Positions 26,998-40,828 of a stretch of DNA of 64,000 bases are shown here, one piece after another. The stretch is from Camelus ferus. Lineage: Eukaryota. A program made the translations under genes and the position numbers. The stretch is from the NCBI RefSeq assembly GCF_009834535.1, contig NC_045707.1, positions 60,080,001-60,144,000 of the forward strand, in the 5' to 3' direction. Position 1 is the first letter of the stretch. Every line of letters begins with the position of its first letter. Under the pieces are notes generated by a model that was not told the DNA's origin, did no database searches, and saw only the letters and a program-made list of their open reading frames with translations.

Positions 26998-28039
26998 GTT
27001 ACTGACTCTGCTAAATCGCAGACAAGACAGTGACCACTAGCATTCAACAGAGTGTGGTCAAATAAATATCCAGCAAACCAGCTGAGCCAGGAAAGGATCT
27101 GAGAATGTCTACCAGGTCCACAGTAGTCAACAACTTGGTTCCTGTGCTCCAAGTCACTCAAATATGCTTTCTTCTAGCTCTTTAGGATTGGAAGAAAATA
27201 ACATAACACTGGATAGTGTCTTGAATAGGCATGTACGCAGGGAATCATCTTAAAAAGTCTATCCCTCAGTATCTTAAACAGTCAACGCACTGGAGAGCCA
27301 ACAGCAGTGAGGACACGGATCTTTCCACCTTGCCTCTTAAAGGAGGGTTGCCATCAAGAGGGGTTCCTATCCCTTTCCTAAGTATTTTTGACTTTGACAT
27401 GTGTGTCATAAACCCAACTTCTTAAGATGACCAATAACAAAACAGGAAATGCACTCTTAGGGACTAGGGAGATGCAGATTCTAGAGCCGGTTTTCTCACT
27501 GGGTAACTCATTTCTTTAGACATGAGGCTTTTCACCATTAGAGGAAGAGAGGTACAATTAAGTTATTCTAAGATTCTCCCCAATGTATATCGAGAGCTTA
27601 CAATTATGAAGCACTGAACTTCCATATTTTTTCATGAAATAATTAGGATAAAAACGCAGGGTTTTGTGTATGTATTACTTGTTTCCTAGTAGACTGAACC
27701 TTAGCCCATTCCATCAAAATGATGATCACTGCTTTTCCTTGGAACTCTCCAAAGGAGATTCCATAACCTTCCATAGCAATAAACGTATAGACTCTGAGGA
27801 AAAGTAGCTACATAGAAAAAGCAGCTAAATAGAATGTTGTACAAATTGCCCCAAATCAATGCATAGACAGAATCCTGGTGGTACACAGAAATACCATTTT
27901 GACATCTAGGGAGGGAGCATAGGAAACGTATCAGCTCACAGTGAAGAAGTACTGAATCCATCCTGTAGCTGAATCACTACAGAGACACTGAGGACCAGAA
28001 AGTGAAATCCTGACTTCCGTTTACTCTTCATCACTATTG

Positions 28040-28325
28040 CTCACCATTTCCCAAACACTGTTCTATGAGAAGATGGTCAGAGATGCTCTGCTGGAAAGGA
28101 GACTCCCATGGCCCCCATGGCTGAGTCAAACAGTTAATAAGTCTCTCTGCCACCAGACTTTGCAGAGTCTTGGAATGTGACTATAGATTCTGTATCTCCC
28201 AGAGAGAAATAGATGATACATCATGACCCTGACTCACCCTCCCGTCACCAAGGAATACCTATTAACCACCCCAAAAGGGAAGCACACTCTCCGATCTCAC
28301 CTGATTTGCTGGGCATTGGTCTAGA
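28040..28325. mobile_element. Ancient hAT-Charlie-like MITE
   Basis: tttcccaaacactgttctatgag... start and ...ggaatacctattaac...cacact end; subfamily uncertain. Confidence 0.45.
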
Positions 28326-29394
28326 ATAGAAAATAAGGTCTTGAAGTCTGTTTTCCTTTAAATTCCCACCAGCCCATCTCTTTCCCCATATGCAAAAATT
28401 AAATTCCATTACAGGTTACTTATCATCAAGGAAACCCTGGACATTAATAGTCAGTACGTAGAAAATGCTTAAATGTAGGAAAGGAATACTCTCTTCGATT
28501 GTATTGCCCACACCTTTTTCAGAGTATGTCAAATTCACTGCATAAGGAATGAGACTGAATTTAACATTATTTCAAGCTCTTTTGATAGGGGGAGCGAATA
28601 ACATAAATACACTGAGATACTATGGCACTCCGCTCCAAGAATATGGATTTGACCATCTACCCATTTCTCTCCTCACCACCCCTCTCCTCCACACACATAG
28701 AGACACATAATTTTATGATAAAACAGCTCAGGAACAGGAAGGCAGCACCATCACAGCGTTACTACAACAGCTTCTCTTTAGCCAACCAGCAGCTTAAGGG
28801 AAGGTCAGCAGCATTAAAAAAAAAAAAAAAAAAGTGATGACTCTGAAATGTGTGTCATAAAACAGAGCCATTTATCCACAGGCCTGACAAGAATAAGGTG
28901 AGAGTCCATTTCAGTTGGCCAGAATGACTGCTGTACATCACACTCTGAGGCAGAAAGCCAAGACAGAACGAACATTACCAAGTTGTTATGGTAACTAAAT
29001 TGTAACTGGTTCCATAAAACATGAGCCTCCCATCACAGGGACTGTGTTTAAAATTCAACGGGAGTCAGGGTGTCTGCTCCAAACAAGGCAGTGGTAGGCA
29101 CTTCCACCTACAATAAGCCGCTCCATGAACAAGCCTCACCTGCACAGAGTAGCAGCCACAACCCCGGCAAGCTCAGCTGTCTCTGGCCACAGGCTTCCAC
29201 CCAATAATGCTTAACCCTGCGACATCACAACCTTAGTGACAACCTTCTCCACCTGACTTCACTGATAAGTAAGTACCATCCAGAAAGGAAAACAAAAACC
29301 AACCAACCAACCAAAGGTCATAGTAACCATAGCAGAAAGCAAAACTCTCGGGAGGAACAGGGGTCCAATATCATCAGCACATGCAGAACGTCTC

Positions 29395-29740
29395 AGGCTG
29401 AGGCTTGGAGTCAGAGATTCAGTCTAAACACAGACCCTGTGACTAACCAGGTGACCCGGAGAAAGCACCCTCTTTGTTTTAAGCACCCTGTTTTCACCTA
29501 AGCCCATCTGTCCTAAAGAGGTAATAACTGTGGAATTGCCTAGTGGTTAGAAGTGTGAGCACAAACAGCCTGGACTGTAATCCTTTGTCTGCGGCCAACT
29601 AGCTGCATGAATTTAGACAAAGTTATTTAACTCTTCAAGCCTCAGTGCCTTCAATGTAAAATAAGGGTAACACTACCTACCCTTACAGTGGTTGTGAAGA
29701 CTCAACCTGAACACAGTAGGAACTTAACACACTGTTGGCT
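29395..29740 (+). mobile_element. Two adjacent MIR SINEs
   Basis: ggcttggagtcaga... and actagctgcatgaatttagacaaagttatttaactcttcaagcctcagt...gtaaaataaggg. Confidence 0.75.
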
Positions 29741-29779
29741 CTTGCCATCATTCTGGCAAGTGGGAGCTATGACCACCTT

Positions 29780-30291
29780 TGGAGGCAGCACCATGATCCC
29801 CTATAGATGGCCACATCCTAATCCCTGGAACCTGTGGATATATTACCCGACATGTCAAAAGGGACTTTATAGATGTGATTATGCAAGGGAGCTTGAGATG
29901 GGAAGATTATCAAGGCTCATCCAGGTGGATCTGACATAAATCACAAGGGTCCTTATAAGGGAGGGGGAGATGGGAGAGCCACAGTTGGAGAAAGAGATGA
30001 GGACAGATGCAGAGGTCAGAGAGAGAGGTGGAGATGGTGTGCTTGCTGCTGGCTTTGGAAACGGACGAGGGGGGGCATAAGCCAAGGAGTGTGGCGGCCT
30101 TTAGAAACTGGAAAAAGCAAGAGAATAGATTCTCCTCTAGAATATCCAAAAGGAACCCAGCCCTACTGACACCTAGATTTTAGGATTTTTGAACTTTAAG
30201 AAATATCTTTTTTCATTTATAACTGTAACAAATTGTTTTAAGCTACTACAATGGTGTTTAGTTGTTAACAGCAGCAACAGGATGCTAACAC
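29780..30291 (+). mobile_element. MaLR solo LTR (MLT1D-like)
   Basis: atcctaatccctggaacctgtg...aaaagggacttt...gattctcctctaga...acagcagcaacagga..taacaca. Confidence 0.9.
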
Positions 30292-33200
30292 ACTACCTTA
30301 TCAACATATTAAATGGGGAATGTGTGCCCAATACATGGCACAACTGGCTCTGAATAAACGATGGCTGTTGAATTATGACAGATGCCAGTGACTAGGGGCC
30401 TCCGTGCCTCTCAGAGCAACCACAGTCATCTAGTATTCCACTGCAGCTCGTGTTTGTTACCTGCAGCAACCTGCATGCCTCCCACCCCGAATCAAACAGT
30501 TCTAGTTATGCGTCACCCCCTAACCATTCATTCATCTCAGATAACTGTACCTGAAATAGTCCACGTAACTCAATGAACTTGGAAGGGAGGGAACCATCAA
30601 CCAAGAAGCAGCTGAATTTCGAAGATGAGCAAACCCAGACAGGACTATCATTAGCCCAAGGCAGTCTTGTAACTCAAAGCAGGAGGGGAAAAAAAAGAAA
30701 AAACTCATGGTGCTTCAAAAAAAAAAAAAAGCAGTAACAGCATGTCTACCTGCCTCGGGTCGGGTCTAAGAGCCTACAAACCTGACGGCCTCTCCAACGA
30801 GGAGCCTCCAGATGATCACTGAGAAGGGCTGAGACACGACAATTCAAGGGCCTGCCGCCCCGGTCAATAACAAGGGAAAACACCAAATAGGGAGGATCAA
30901 TGGAAGATGGTGTCTCCTCTCTCCTGATCCATTTAACGTCCAGTGTATATGAAGCGTCACCATCCCTCTTGGCAGCGTATCTGCCAATACCTGGAGGGCT
31001 ATGTTGACTTCATTCTATCTCCCCTGCAAGGAGCTTGGCTTCCTGCTGCTGGGTGTTGCAGACCTACAGGAGAGGAGGCTTTGAGAGGACGACCCAGACA
31101 CACTGATGAGGGCGATCTCGGGAATAACACCGCCAGATCACGTGCGGGAAGATGGATGGAGCATCTGCAGTGAAGAGACTGGAAACAGAAAAGAGTGCAG
31201 CAGAGAAACATGAGGACAGAGGACAAATGATAGAATCAACTGCTGACTCACATTTGGGAAATTCATAAGCACATCGGGGCTGTTACTGTCTTACGTGCCT
31301 TCATACACCTCCCTGCAAACAGCCTTACTTTCCCCCGGGTATGACAAGGGTCTCGGCACTGGAGTGTTCCTGATGATGGTGCAGGGTCAGGGAACAACAA
31401 TTTCTGGTTTCATATTTGTTTCTAAAGACTGCATTTCCACCTCTGTATTTATCTTCTGCAGGTTCTGGTCTTTCCAACAAGAAACAGGAAAAAGGTTAGA
31501 AGAAATACAATTAACCCAAGCTCCTACTCCATATGGAAAGACAAAATAGGAGTTAAAAAAAAGGAGAGGCACAAACAAACAGATGAAGCCCCAAAGAACA
31601 CCCTAGGTGAGATTATCTTCTGCTGCTGCTGCTGCTGCGAGGATTTGCATTTGCCCTGATGCCTCCTGGACAAAGATGTGGCATGAGATTCCAGCTGAGG
31701 GCAAATGATGGTTGCAATACACTTCACAGAATGTCAGTGTTTGCAAACTGTGCTCCAGGGATCTTTGGGTGGGGTGAGTGTGTGTGCAAGGAAGGTGGGG
31801 AACTGGAATCCTGCCCCCGTCTGTGCTGCAAACTCAACTGCTGTTTTACACTTTGGGCATCTTGAAGAAAAAAGTGCTCAAAAACACTGAATCTAGTCCA
31901 ACCTTCTCATTTCCCCAGTAAACATGGAGAACTGAAGAGAGGGTAACAGTTAGCCCCAGACAGTTGGGTTTATGTCTGATGACCCACTGTCATTTTGGAT
32001 GGCACCTCCAGAAAGTGACAGTGAATTATACAGTCACTCAAGCCCAGAGAAGTTACAGATCTTCCCAAGGTCCCGCAGTCCCATGTGGTTCAGCCGGCAC
32101 CAGATCACATCTTGTAGCATTATTCTTACTACTCAGCACTGTCCTCTTATCAGGAAGAACACTTTTTATTTGCTTTTTGTTTGTGTTTCACTGAGAGGGG
32201 AAAAGAATCTCATTATAATCTAATAACACGTGTGGAAAAAATTTCAATAGTCACTGGATATTTTTCCTTACTTTGTTCCACACACTCTTTGTCTTGGATA
32301 TTAACTGAACACAACAGAACCTTTTTGTATGATCCTTTTGAAAAGTTATGTTAGACTGCTAGACTTTTTTTTTCAGTAGTTCGGACTTAAATTGAGGTGG
32401 AAAATGGTCTGGAAATGACCCAGAGACGTGTACCAGAGGATACAAGAATTCCCAGTATCAACAAGGCCCTTATTTCTAGATTTTTTCATTTTACTTCTTT
32501 TTAAGTCATGTAAATAACACAAAGATTATGAAGTTGAATGCAAAATGTGCATTTATTTTTATAAGAACTGTGAGGTTTCAGAACAATTTTCTACTTTTTT
32601 CAATAAGCCAGCCCCATGAACCTCAGGGCGTGGATTCACCATCCTCTCCCATCTGAGAGCTGATAAACATTACTGCAGGTGCTCCATGACACCCCTTTAC
32701 AGCCGACACCCCTGACTCCCACGATAGCCACTGTCATTGCTTTTCAGAACGTGACCTGTTAATAGTCTTATTTTTGTGCCTCCCTGAAAAAGGTGTTGCC
32801 TTTTTCCCAGTCCTGAGGACCCAGTCCCAACTGGACCCTTAACCTCCAACCAGGACTTCTCGCCAGCTAGGGCAAAGAGAGACTTCTGAAACTCACTCAA
32901 GACGAGATTCTGCATTGCCCTACAAATGCTGACCCAGCCACGTCACCTCAGCAGAGCCATACTGCCTCCACATCCAAAGATCTGCCTAGAAAATGCCAAT
33001 TCGGAGAGAAAAAATACCAAGGATTATGACAAGCCCCTTATCAGTACACATGCTACCAATATTATATGTTCCCAGGTTCCAACCAGTTACGCTAAGTTGT
33101 TTATAGGAGAAAAATCTTGTCAACCTCTACTCTTTTAACTAAAACCTTACTGGTGACAGAAGAAAAACTAAATACTAGAAGTAGGCAACAAGCACTAGAA

Positions 33201-33429
33201 CAGCAAGGAGAAGAGCTATCACATAGCTCACAATAGTCCCAGGATCGGAACAATCTTATCCTCTCAATTCTTGCAGCCTTCAGAAATATTTATTGCATGT
33301 GCTCGGTCTACCAGATACCTAACTGAGATATGCCTTCTTACTGTAACCGAGGCTGCACTGTAAGTAGGAAGATGAATAGATGATTTCACCTTGGCAACTG
33401 CATTACTTTTGAATGTCCTAGTTTAAATG

Positions 33430-33575
33430 CAGAGATCTGGAAGGAAACAGACCTGCACTCCTGTCCCCACTGCAACACTCACCTGCTTGTGCAAATCTCT
33501 AGCCTCACTGGGCCTCCATGAAGTGAATCTGTACCCTACAAACTTTGCAGAATTGTGTAAACTGAAGGCTTTTAG
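33430..33575 (+). mobile_element. MIR fragment
   Basis: acagacctg...cttgtgcaaatctctagcctcactgggcctc. Confidence 0.5.
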
Positions 33576-36500
33576 AAATATCTAGACGGATACAAGTCTA
33601 CACATCCAAGCATAAGACTTTAAAGGACCGTAGGAAGGCGGCACACTCTTTTCTGCAGACAAGGAAATTGTCCCGATGACAAACTGCGGTGTCACCAAAA
33701 AGGCAGGTTGTAGTCTTGGCCTTCTGAGCCTCAGGCCACCTACTAGACTGGGAGAGAAAAAAAAAAAAATTAATGCAGAAAGGGCAACATAGAGATTAAG
33801 GAATTCAATGGCAGGGATGGAGGGGGAAGGAAATGCCAAATGAATTTTCTTTCCTAAACACAATCAAATGGCCCCAGATTCCTCCTAAAGTAATGAGCAA
33901 CCATTTTAAAATCTGAGGCCTACACAACTTTAACCTTGTCAGCATGGTTTCCTCAAAGGACTATTTTGTTGGGCAGGGAAAAATAAAAAAACCATTCAGG
34001 GCTGTACACTTACAGAATCATTCCTCCCCAGTCATTTGTTTGGCAGGGAAACCTGATCTGCTTTATGTAATTACCTGATTAAAAGTGGTGTTTGATTGAA
34101 CCCTGGCTATACAAAGTGATCTTGAGCTGATTGAAGGACACATTCAAACTCTTCGATTGACAATTTGTATTGGGGATAATATATCTTCACTCAAGGAGGG
34201 GATAAACATTCCTATTTAAACAATTTCAACACCTATAATAATGCATTTAACTCACTCTAGAGGCAGGTTTTATTAGTCCTTTTCCAGCATGAAAAAGCAT
34301 GATGATAATTTAAATGGGACACTCCTGAGAAAAACGCGCAAATTATCCACAACGATCATTTACAGTGAGAGTGGAAACAAAAATTATCATACTCGATCCA
34401 TTTATGATGTACAGAAGGAAGGGACTGCATCGTGTAACTGTAATTCACCATCATTACTGACTTTGCAGAAGCCTGCATCGGAGGTGAGACACACTGACCC
34501 CCAACACAAGCAGAGAAGAAGTGCTTTGTAGAAGCATATACTAGTTCCTTCTGTTCATACCTCCCTAATAAACAGGCAGATTGTGTTTTTCCCCCTCCAA
34601 CTGTCATTGTTGATTTTAAAAAGTGGACGGCTTCCCTCAATGTTACAGAGGTATAATTAAAGTCCTATCATGGCTGAGACTGCCCAGTAAGTAATCACTA
34701 ATAGAATCCCTGCCCCACTGCCTTCCCAACCACATGCCTTTCTGAATCATAGATGTCAAACCAAAAGTCTAGACATTAGTGAAAGCTGGGCTCTAATTCC
34801 ACTCCACCCCTAATCATTGTCCTGAATTCAATAAAACTGCTGTACTCCAAGCTTCAGTTTAGTTACCTGTAAACTGGGGCAAATACATGTCCCTTCTGAA
34901 CTTGAAACCATCATAAGCTATTTCAAAAAAAAAAAAAAAAAGGAACTATGTAAATGAAACTGTAACAAACACCGAATAGGTATTTCCTATTAGCATTAGA
35001 TTGCCAGAGGAACAGTAAAAAATATGTCTATAGTCTTCCTAGAGATGTTCTATAAACCTATTTATAGAAAGAATGTTGACTTATTATAGCTCATGTACTT
35101 TAAATGCCACCATTTTTAAACTTGTTTTTAACTAGAGGAGGAAATAGAATTTGAGCGCTTTTTGTCCCCAGGCCTGAGGGACTGTTCTATTACCTCTCAG
35201 AGATGGTCAGACCCTGGCCAGGGGCTATTTTAATCTACCCCCTCATTGTCACAGCTAGCTATCATAGAAACTCAGCCCTTGGTCAAATCAATCAGGCCCT
35301 CATGCAGAACAAAACCACATTGAATAGCCAGCAAATGAATTTGGTTTAAAAGTCAAATAAATATAACTCCCCCCCCCAAAAAAAGGCAGTTGGCTGGAAT
35401 AGCACAGAAATGCACCTCCTTATACATAAAGCCAACCGATTAGCAGTAAACTGTTAGAACTTTCCCACTTGGTTTCATCATTTTGCAGCTTCCAAAGCCT
35501 CCCCCTCAAGCATACAGCTGTGAACTGTGTTTCCACTAGGAACAGACCCTGGCAATTCAGTTCTTTCATCCCCCTCTATTTTATCCTCTCTCAGCCCTGC
35601 AAACCTTTAATACCTGTGTAAAAGCAGACTCTACACTACTTGGCTACACACCCGAGAAATAAAAACCCATCAAACTAGGATTCTCACCATAAAACCATTC
35701 GGCCACACGGTATGCCCATCCTGCCCAAAGACATAAGCGTGTTTGGAGGCTGAAATGTAAACAGGATTATTTATTTGCTGAGCACGACAGGAGAAAAATA
35801 AAATGCAGAGCTATGAGCCTCACAATCAGAACTCAGTCAATTTATCGTCTACTGCCTGGTTGCTGAATTTCAATCTATTCTTTCAATGTAACACACACAC
35901 ACACAAGGCTGAACACGAAGTACACGGCACAAATTCTCTTACACTGAAAGCAGGGAAGACATACAATGAAATCTTTTCTCTGTCTACAAGGTCGTCCTTC
36001 TGATTCATGGAATTCATTGAATCCTGAGGTCCAATTCAGTGTGTCCTCCTCTACAAATAAATCCATACAAGCTCCTAACAGCCCTAATAGGGGATTCAGA
36101 ATGCAAATGAGGAAAATACACCACAACATAGCCGCTGGTAAATTGCTTTCGGGGGATAAGCACCACAAAAGAAGCATGTCGCTATTTTAACTGTCTTTTC
36201 AAGGGCAATAAATGGTTTCATCCAAAAAATTAAACTCTAACTCTAAGCAAAAAAAATGAAACAAGTAGCATGTGCTAGAGGTTAATTTTCAAGGGCTTGG
36301 ATCTATAATTTACCACCCACTTCTTTTTCATTAATGGCACCAACTCATCATTAAGAACTTCCCCAGACTGTGCCTTCCTTCAGGACTCAAGATTCACATG
36401 ACGGGGAAAGTAACAATTATTCAGCATTCAGTCTTCAGTAACTGCTCAGCAAAAAAGGACCAAGGTCTGACTTCATCTTTGTATTACATTTGACAGATTT

Positions 36501-37619
36501 TATGAGAAGCTACAAACATTTAAAAGTCCTGATGTTTAGATTAATCTGATGAACTGAATGTCTCAATAATCATTGAAAAGTCAACGAAATAAAAAACACT
36601 CCTCCATCAAAAAAATTATCATGGTTATTACCTTAAAATCTTGCTACAGTAGTAGGGAGATAATTCAAAACACTCCTCAAAATAGCAAAGAAAAGATAAT
36701 TATCAATTAATAAAACCGTAGATATACTATGGCGTGTCAGTCTATGTTTCCATCTTATAAAAATGTTACTTGATTTTTTTTACTAAAAGAAAGACCAATG
36801 ATAAATGTAGTATGTCTTTGTATACAAGAGTCCTCATGTTGTTAAAATGCTTTTGTTTGTGAAATGCTCTGTACTCCCCTCACCAATACTGCATACATAT
36901 TTACCAGTTGAAGCATTTATCCGTGTCTCATTTCTTTCTGAAAAAGATTTTATTACATTTAAGCAGTTACTGTCAGCTGAACAGTAATATCTAAGTGTGG
37001 TATGTGAGGGATTTTCAAGTAAATATTTAAACACACGTTTTTGTGGTCATCCACATTTCACTGATAATTAGTTGGCCTTAAAAGGCCAGGAAAAGCCATG
37101 CCAAACCCTTACACCATTCTGGTACCCCAGCCTTCAACAACATTGCTCTAGACCAACTGAGTCATGAAAGCTCCTTCAGTCTCACACCTCCATTTTCTGT
37201 GATTGCTTCAAGTGATGACTCTACCTTTGCTGATAAAAGGACACAATCATGCTGACTGTGGCATGGGACTTCAATAACCTCAGCCAGATGTGTACCCATC
37301 CCCATCAAAGCCCCATATACTGTTTGGCACACTACGATTCATTTTTTGTTTCCTACCACATCTCCTTTTCTAAGGATCCTTTCTCGGGCAGGTAAACCAA
37401 ATAATCTCAGATTTCAAGACATATTTAAAATTCAGCATAGGCTTCTGGCCTTTATGATGAACTTATTAAAATAATACACATTGCAATTCACTGTTAAGGA
37501 CCCTTGCAGTTGCCACGCTGCCAAGCTCTTGCTGGATGCCTCATCGCTGCTCTTTGTAAAAATCAAAATGCACAGCAAATATACACTTATTGTATGCTTG
37601 TTATAATGGTTAGGTTCTT

Positions 37620-37800
37620 TAGCAACAACCGCCCACCTAATTCTCACATCAGTTCTGCAACAGTTGCTGTCATCATTCCCACTTTGTAGATGAAGAAACC
37701 GAGACATGGAGAAGTCCCACCATGTGTCCACTTTCACACAGGCTAGAAGGGTCATCGTGTTGCAGAGACTCAGCTCTTAGCTGACATGTGGCACTGCTTC
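37620..37800 (-). mobile_element. MIR SINE
   Basis: cattcccactttgtagatgaagaaaccgagacatggagaagt. Confidence 0.8.
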
Positions 37801-37864
37801 TGCATTGAACAATTTTACACTGAGATGTTATAATCCTGCTATCTGCTTTCAAAGGGAATTATAC

Positions 37865-38385
37865 ATATGGCTTCCCTGCGTAACGTTCCTCAGTGATCAC
37901 TGATACTTGCAGAAGTATCAGCGCTAACTCCTTAATCTAGAATTTACAAGCTCCCAGGGCCACCTACTCCTCCAGCTTCATCACGAGGTGCCTGTCCCTT
38001 ACACACAGTTTTACTCATGGGGACTGATTGTTCCCTAACTTTTCAACTTCCCTGATGTCTTTGTATACTTGCAGAGTCACATCCTGGAACATCCTCCTCA
38101 GTGTGTCCATCTGGCAGGTTCCCACTCATCTTTCGTGACTCACTTCCAGCCTCTCCTCTCTGGGCATTCTTCCCCGGGGCCCAGCCAGCAGGCAGAACGG
38201 TCACTCCCACTTCTGCTTTTCCCATGGCCCTCTCTTCATCCATCAAGGTCAGCTATGAAAGTGTCACGTTGACACTGCTTGTCAGTCTCTCACCAGCAGT
38301 GAGCTCCTTAAGGGCAACTCTTCCCTGTCATCCTTGTCCCTTCAGTACTACACGTGCTTCAAAAATAAGCCAAGGAATGAATGTC
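37865..38385 (+). mobile_element. L2 3' region
   Basis: Pyrimidine-rich L2 body ending gtgagctccttaagggca...gaatgaatg. Confidence 0.7.
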
Positions 38386-40204
38386 TAAGTGGCATTATTG
38401 GAGCTGAACGACAAACATCCCCTACATCCAAGTTCTGGAATTCTAGGACTCTTTGGCTGGCAAGACCGAACAACTATGAAGACACAATTTTCAGAGAGTA
38501 ATTTCTGTATCTTAAGAGGGGTTTTAAAAAAAAAAAGCTCAACGTGGAAATCTCACTGTACATAAACTATCTGTTAGCATCAGTCAAAAGTGGAAGGAGC
38601 ATGACACCTGTAGGACCCGGATCTACAAAGAGCTCAACACGGCTGGAATGTTAGGTAACGATGGCCAATTGCCAGAGGAGGCAGGGCTAAATCCTAGAGG
38701 CCCACGTGCCATGGAGAAGATCGAATTTTGCTTGAATAGTCTACCACCCTTCATGGTTCAAACACCACTTCCTATGCCAAGCACTCTGTCTTTTCCCCAC
38801 TCGGAAGAAATGCTGCTCCTTCATCTGCTCCTCTCCATGGGTACTCGTCCTTGTCTACAGCACCTGCCACCTTCCCTTTGCACAGGTCTTCCGCTACCTG
38901 CTGGACATCAGCTCATTAAGAGCCCGGTCTATATCCTCCCCACCCACCTACCCCGGAACATAGCCCAGAGCCCAGCACACTGTGCTGTGAGGAGTAAGGC
39001 ACCTTGCAGGTTGTGAAATGATTCTGAACATCTATTTCAACTAAAATTCAGTAGAGTCTGTGAGGATTAAAACCAATTCATGATTATGTATCATAGCAAT
39101 TAAATGGGATCGCTTTCAAGTGAGAAAATTTCTCTCCAGAATTCCCAAAATGCTAGATTTTCACTTGGCCACAAAACATTGCATAAATAGCCATCTCATT
39201 ACTGATTACACAGACATGAGGTCTCAAAACGGTCTCTCGTCCAGAGTAAGTTGTGGAGTTGGATTTGAATCACAAACACTTTTGTCAAAAGCTAAGAAAA
39301 GATTTCCGATGCATGACACTGGAAACGTTGGTGAAGAGAAGTACTGTGTTAGGCGGAGGGGTGACGTGGTTGTCAGGGCTAAGAGGAGATACATGTCTCT
39401 AGTGAGAAAAAAAAAGTTCGGATTCACCCATTCAGTCATAAACCACAGCTGAAAACCTACCAGTTTTCTGCAAAAAGAAGGCAAAACAATAATACAACCC
39501 ACACACACAGGTGCCAGGCAGAGTAAGACTCGCTCTCCCAGCATGTGGGTATCAAAAGAATTAACAGGCAAACTGACGTTCCTGGAGATTCAGCTACAGG
39601 TCAAGGACGGCATAAAGTGCACGCTCATAGTGAGCATTCTAATTTGAATCAGAGTTCGTATCATCATTCTGAAACATTTTCACTGAAAGCATGACCTTCA
39701 AACCTGCATCGGACAACTACAACCATTTCATAATAATGGAATCCACCACCACAACACAGCATCACCACGAAAACAAAAATGGCCTTTTCCATGTAAACTG
39801 CTGCCCTATATTCTAAAAGACGCATTATACTTTGTGGGAACTTTCTGGGAAAACTTCCATACGTAGACTTTGTCTTGGACTCTGCCACGAGGAGGAGCAG
39901 AACGTGGATATTTCTTCCGCACTTAAAATTTTAACCTCATTAAATGGTTGGCAATGAAGTACATGGATAAGTGCAACGGCATCCAGCCTTCCTGTGGTGA
40001 GACATTCATTCCAGATGCCACCTCCCTTGGAGACACACTGTAGAGACTTGGGATACAGGGGACGGGCTTCTGGCCATGAGAAGGAAGAGGCAGTCCCACT
40101 GCCATATTCACAAAATCCTCCTGTGGTACCTCCTTCCCCCAACCCTGCTAGAAGGAAGGAGGGGCAGGAGGCAGCTGCTCGACAATGAAGATAATCAAGA
40201 AGGA

Positions 40205-40558
40205 CTTAAGTTCAGACAGAGACAAACATCACAGGGTATCACTTACAGGAGGAATCTTAAAAAATGATGCAAATGAACTTATTTAGAAAAACAGACTCAC
40301 AGACTTAGAAAACAAATTTATGGCTACCAAAGGGGAAAGGTGGGAGGGATAAATTAGTTTGAGATTAGCAGATACACACTACTATATATAAGATAGATAA
40401 ACCACAAAGACCTACTGTACAACACAGGGAACAATATGATAATACCTTGTAAGTATCTATAATGAAAAATATATACATATGTATAACTGAATCACTATGC
40501 TGTACACCAGAAACTAACCCAACATTGTAAATCAAATAAACTTCAGTAAAAAAAAAAA
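40205..40558 (+). mobile_element. Artiodactyl-type L1 3' end
   Basis: acagactcacagacttagaaaacaaatttatggctaccaaagggg...actgaatcactatgctgtacaccagaaac followed by poly(A). Confidence 0.92.
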
Positions 40559-40828
40559 GAACCAATGAACGTCTGCACGGTAGAGTTTGAGTCATTCCTT
40601 AATCTGACTCATGGTGAACCAAGGTCCACGGTCAGCCAAGTTGGCCAGAGCCATCAACAACCAGTCTAAGATCCATAAAGTCAACAGACATGAACACAAA
40701 GAAATCAGCAAAGTTGCAAGTATTAGGATGGTAACAATGAAAAGGCTTTCTTCTAAAGAACTCATCCTTCCCATGATTGATTCAAACACCATGAGGTCAT
40801 CCAGTTAAGGGATTCCCAATTCCTTGCA

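Noticed and set aside
31621..31638. (TGC)6 repeat
   Set aside because: Short and intronic, with no exon context.
34060..34090. Second AG|GT motif (ttttaatcAG|GTAATT on -)
   Set aside because: Weak polypyrimidine tract; likely chance.
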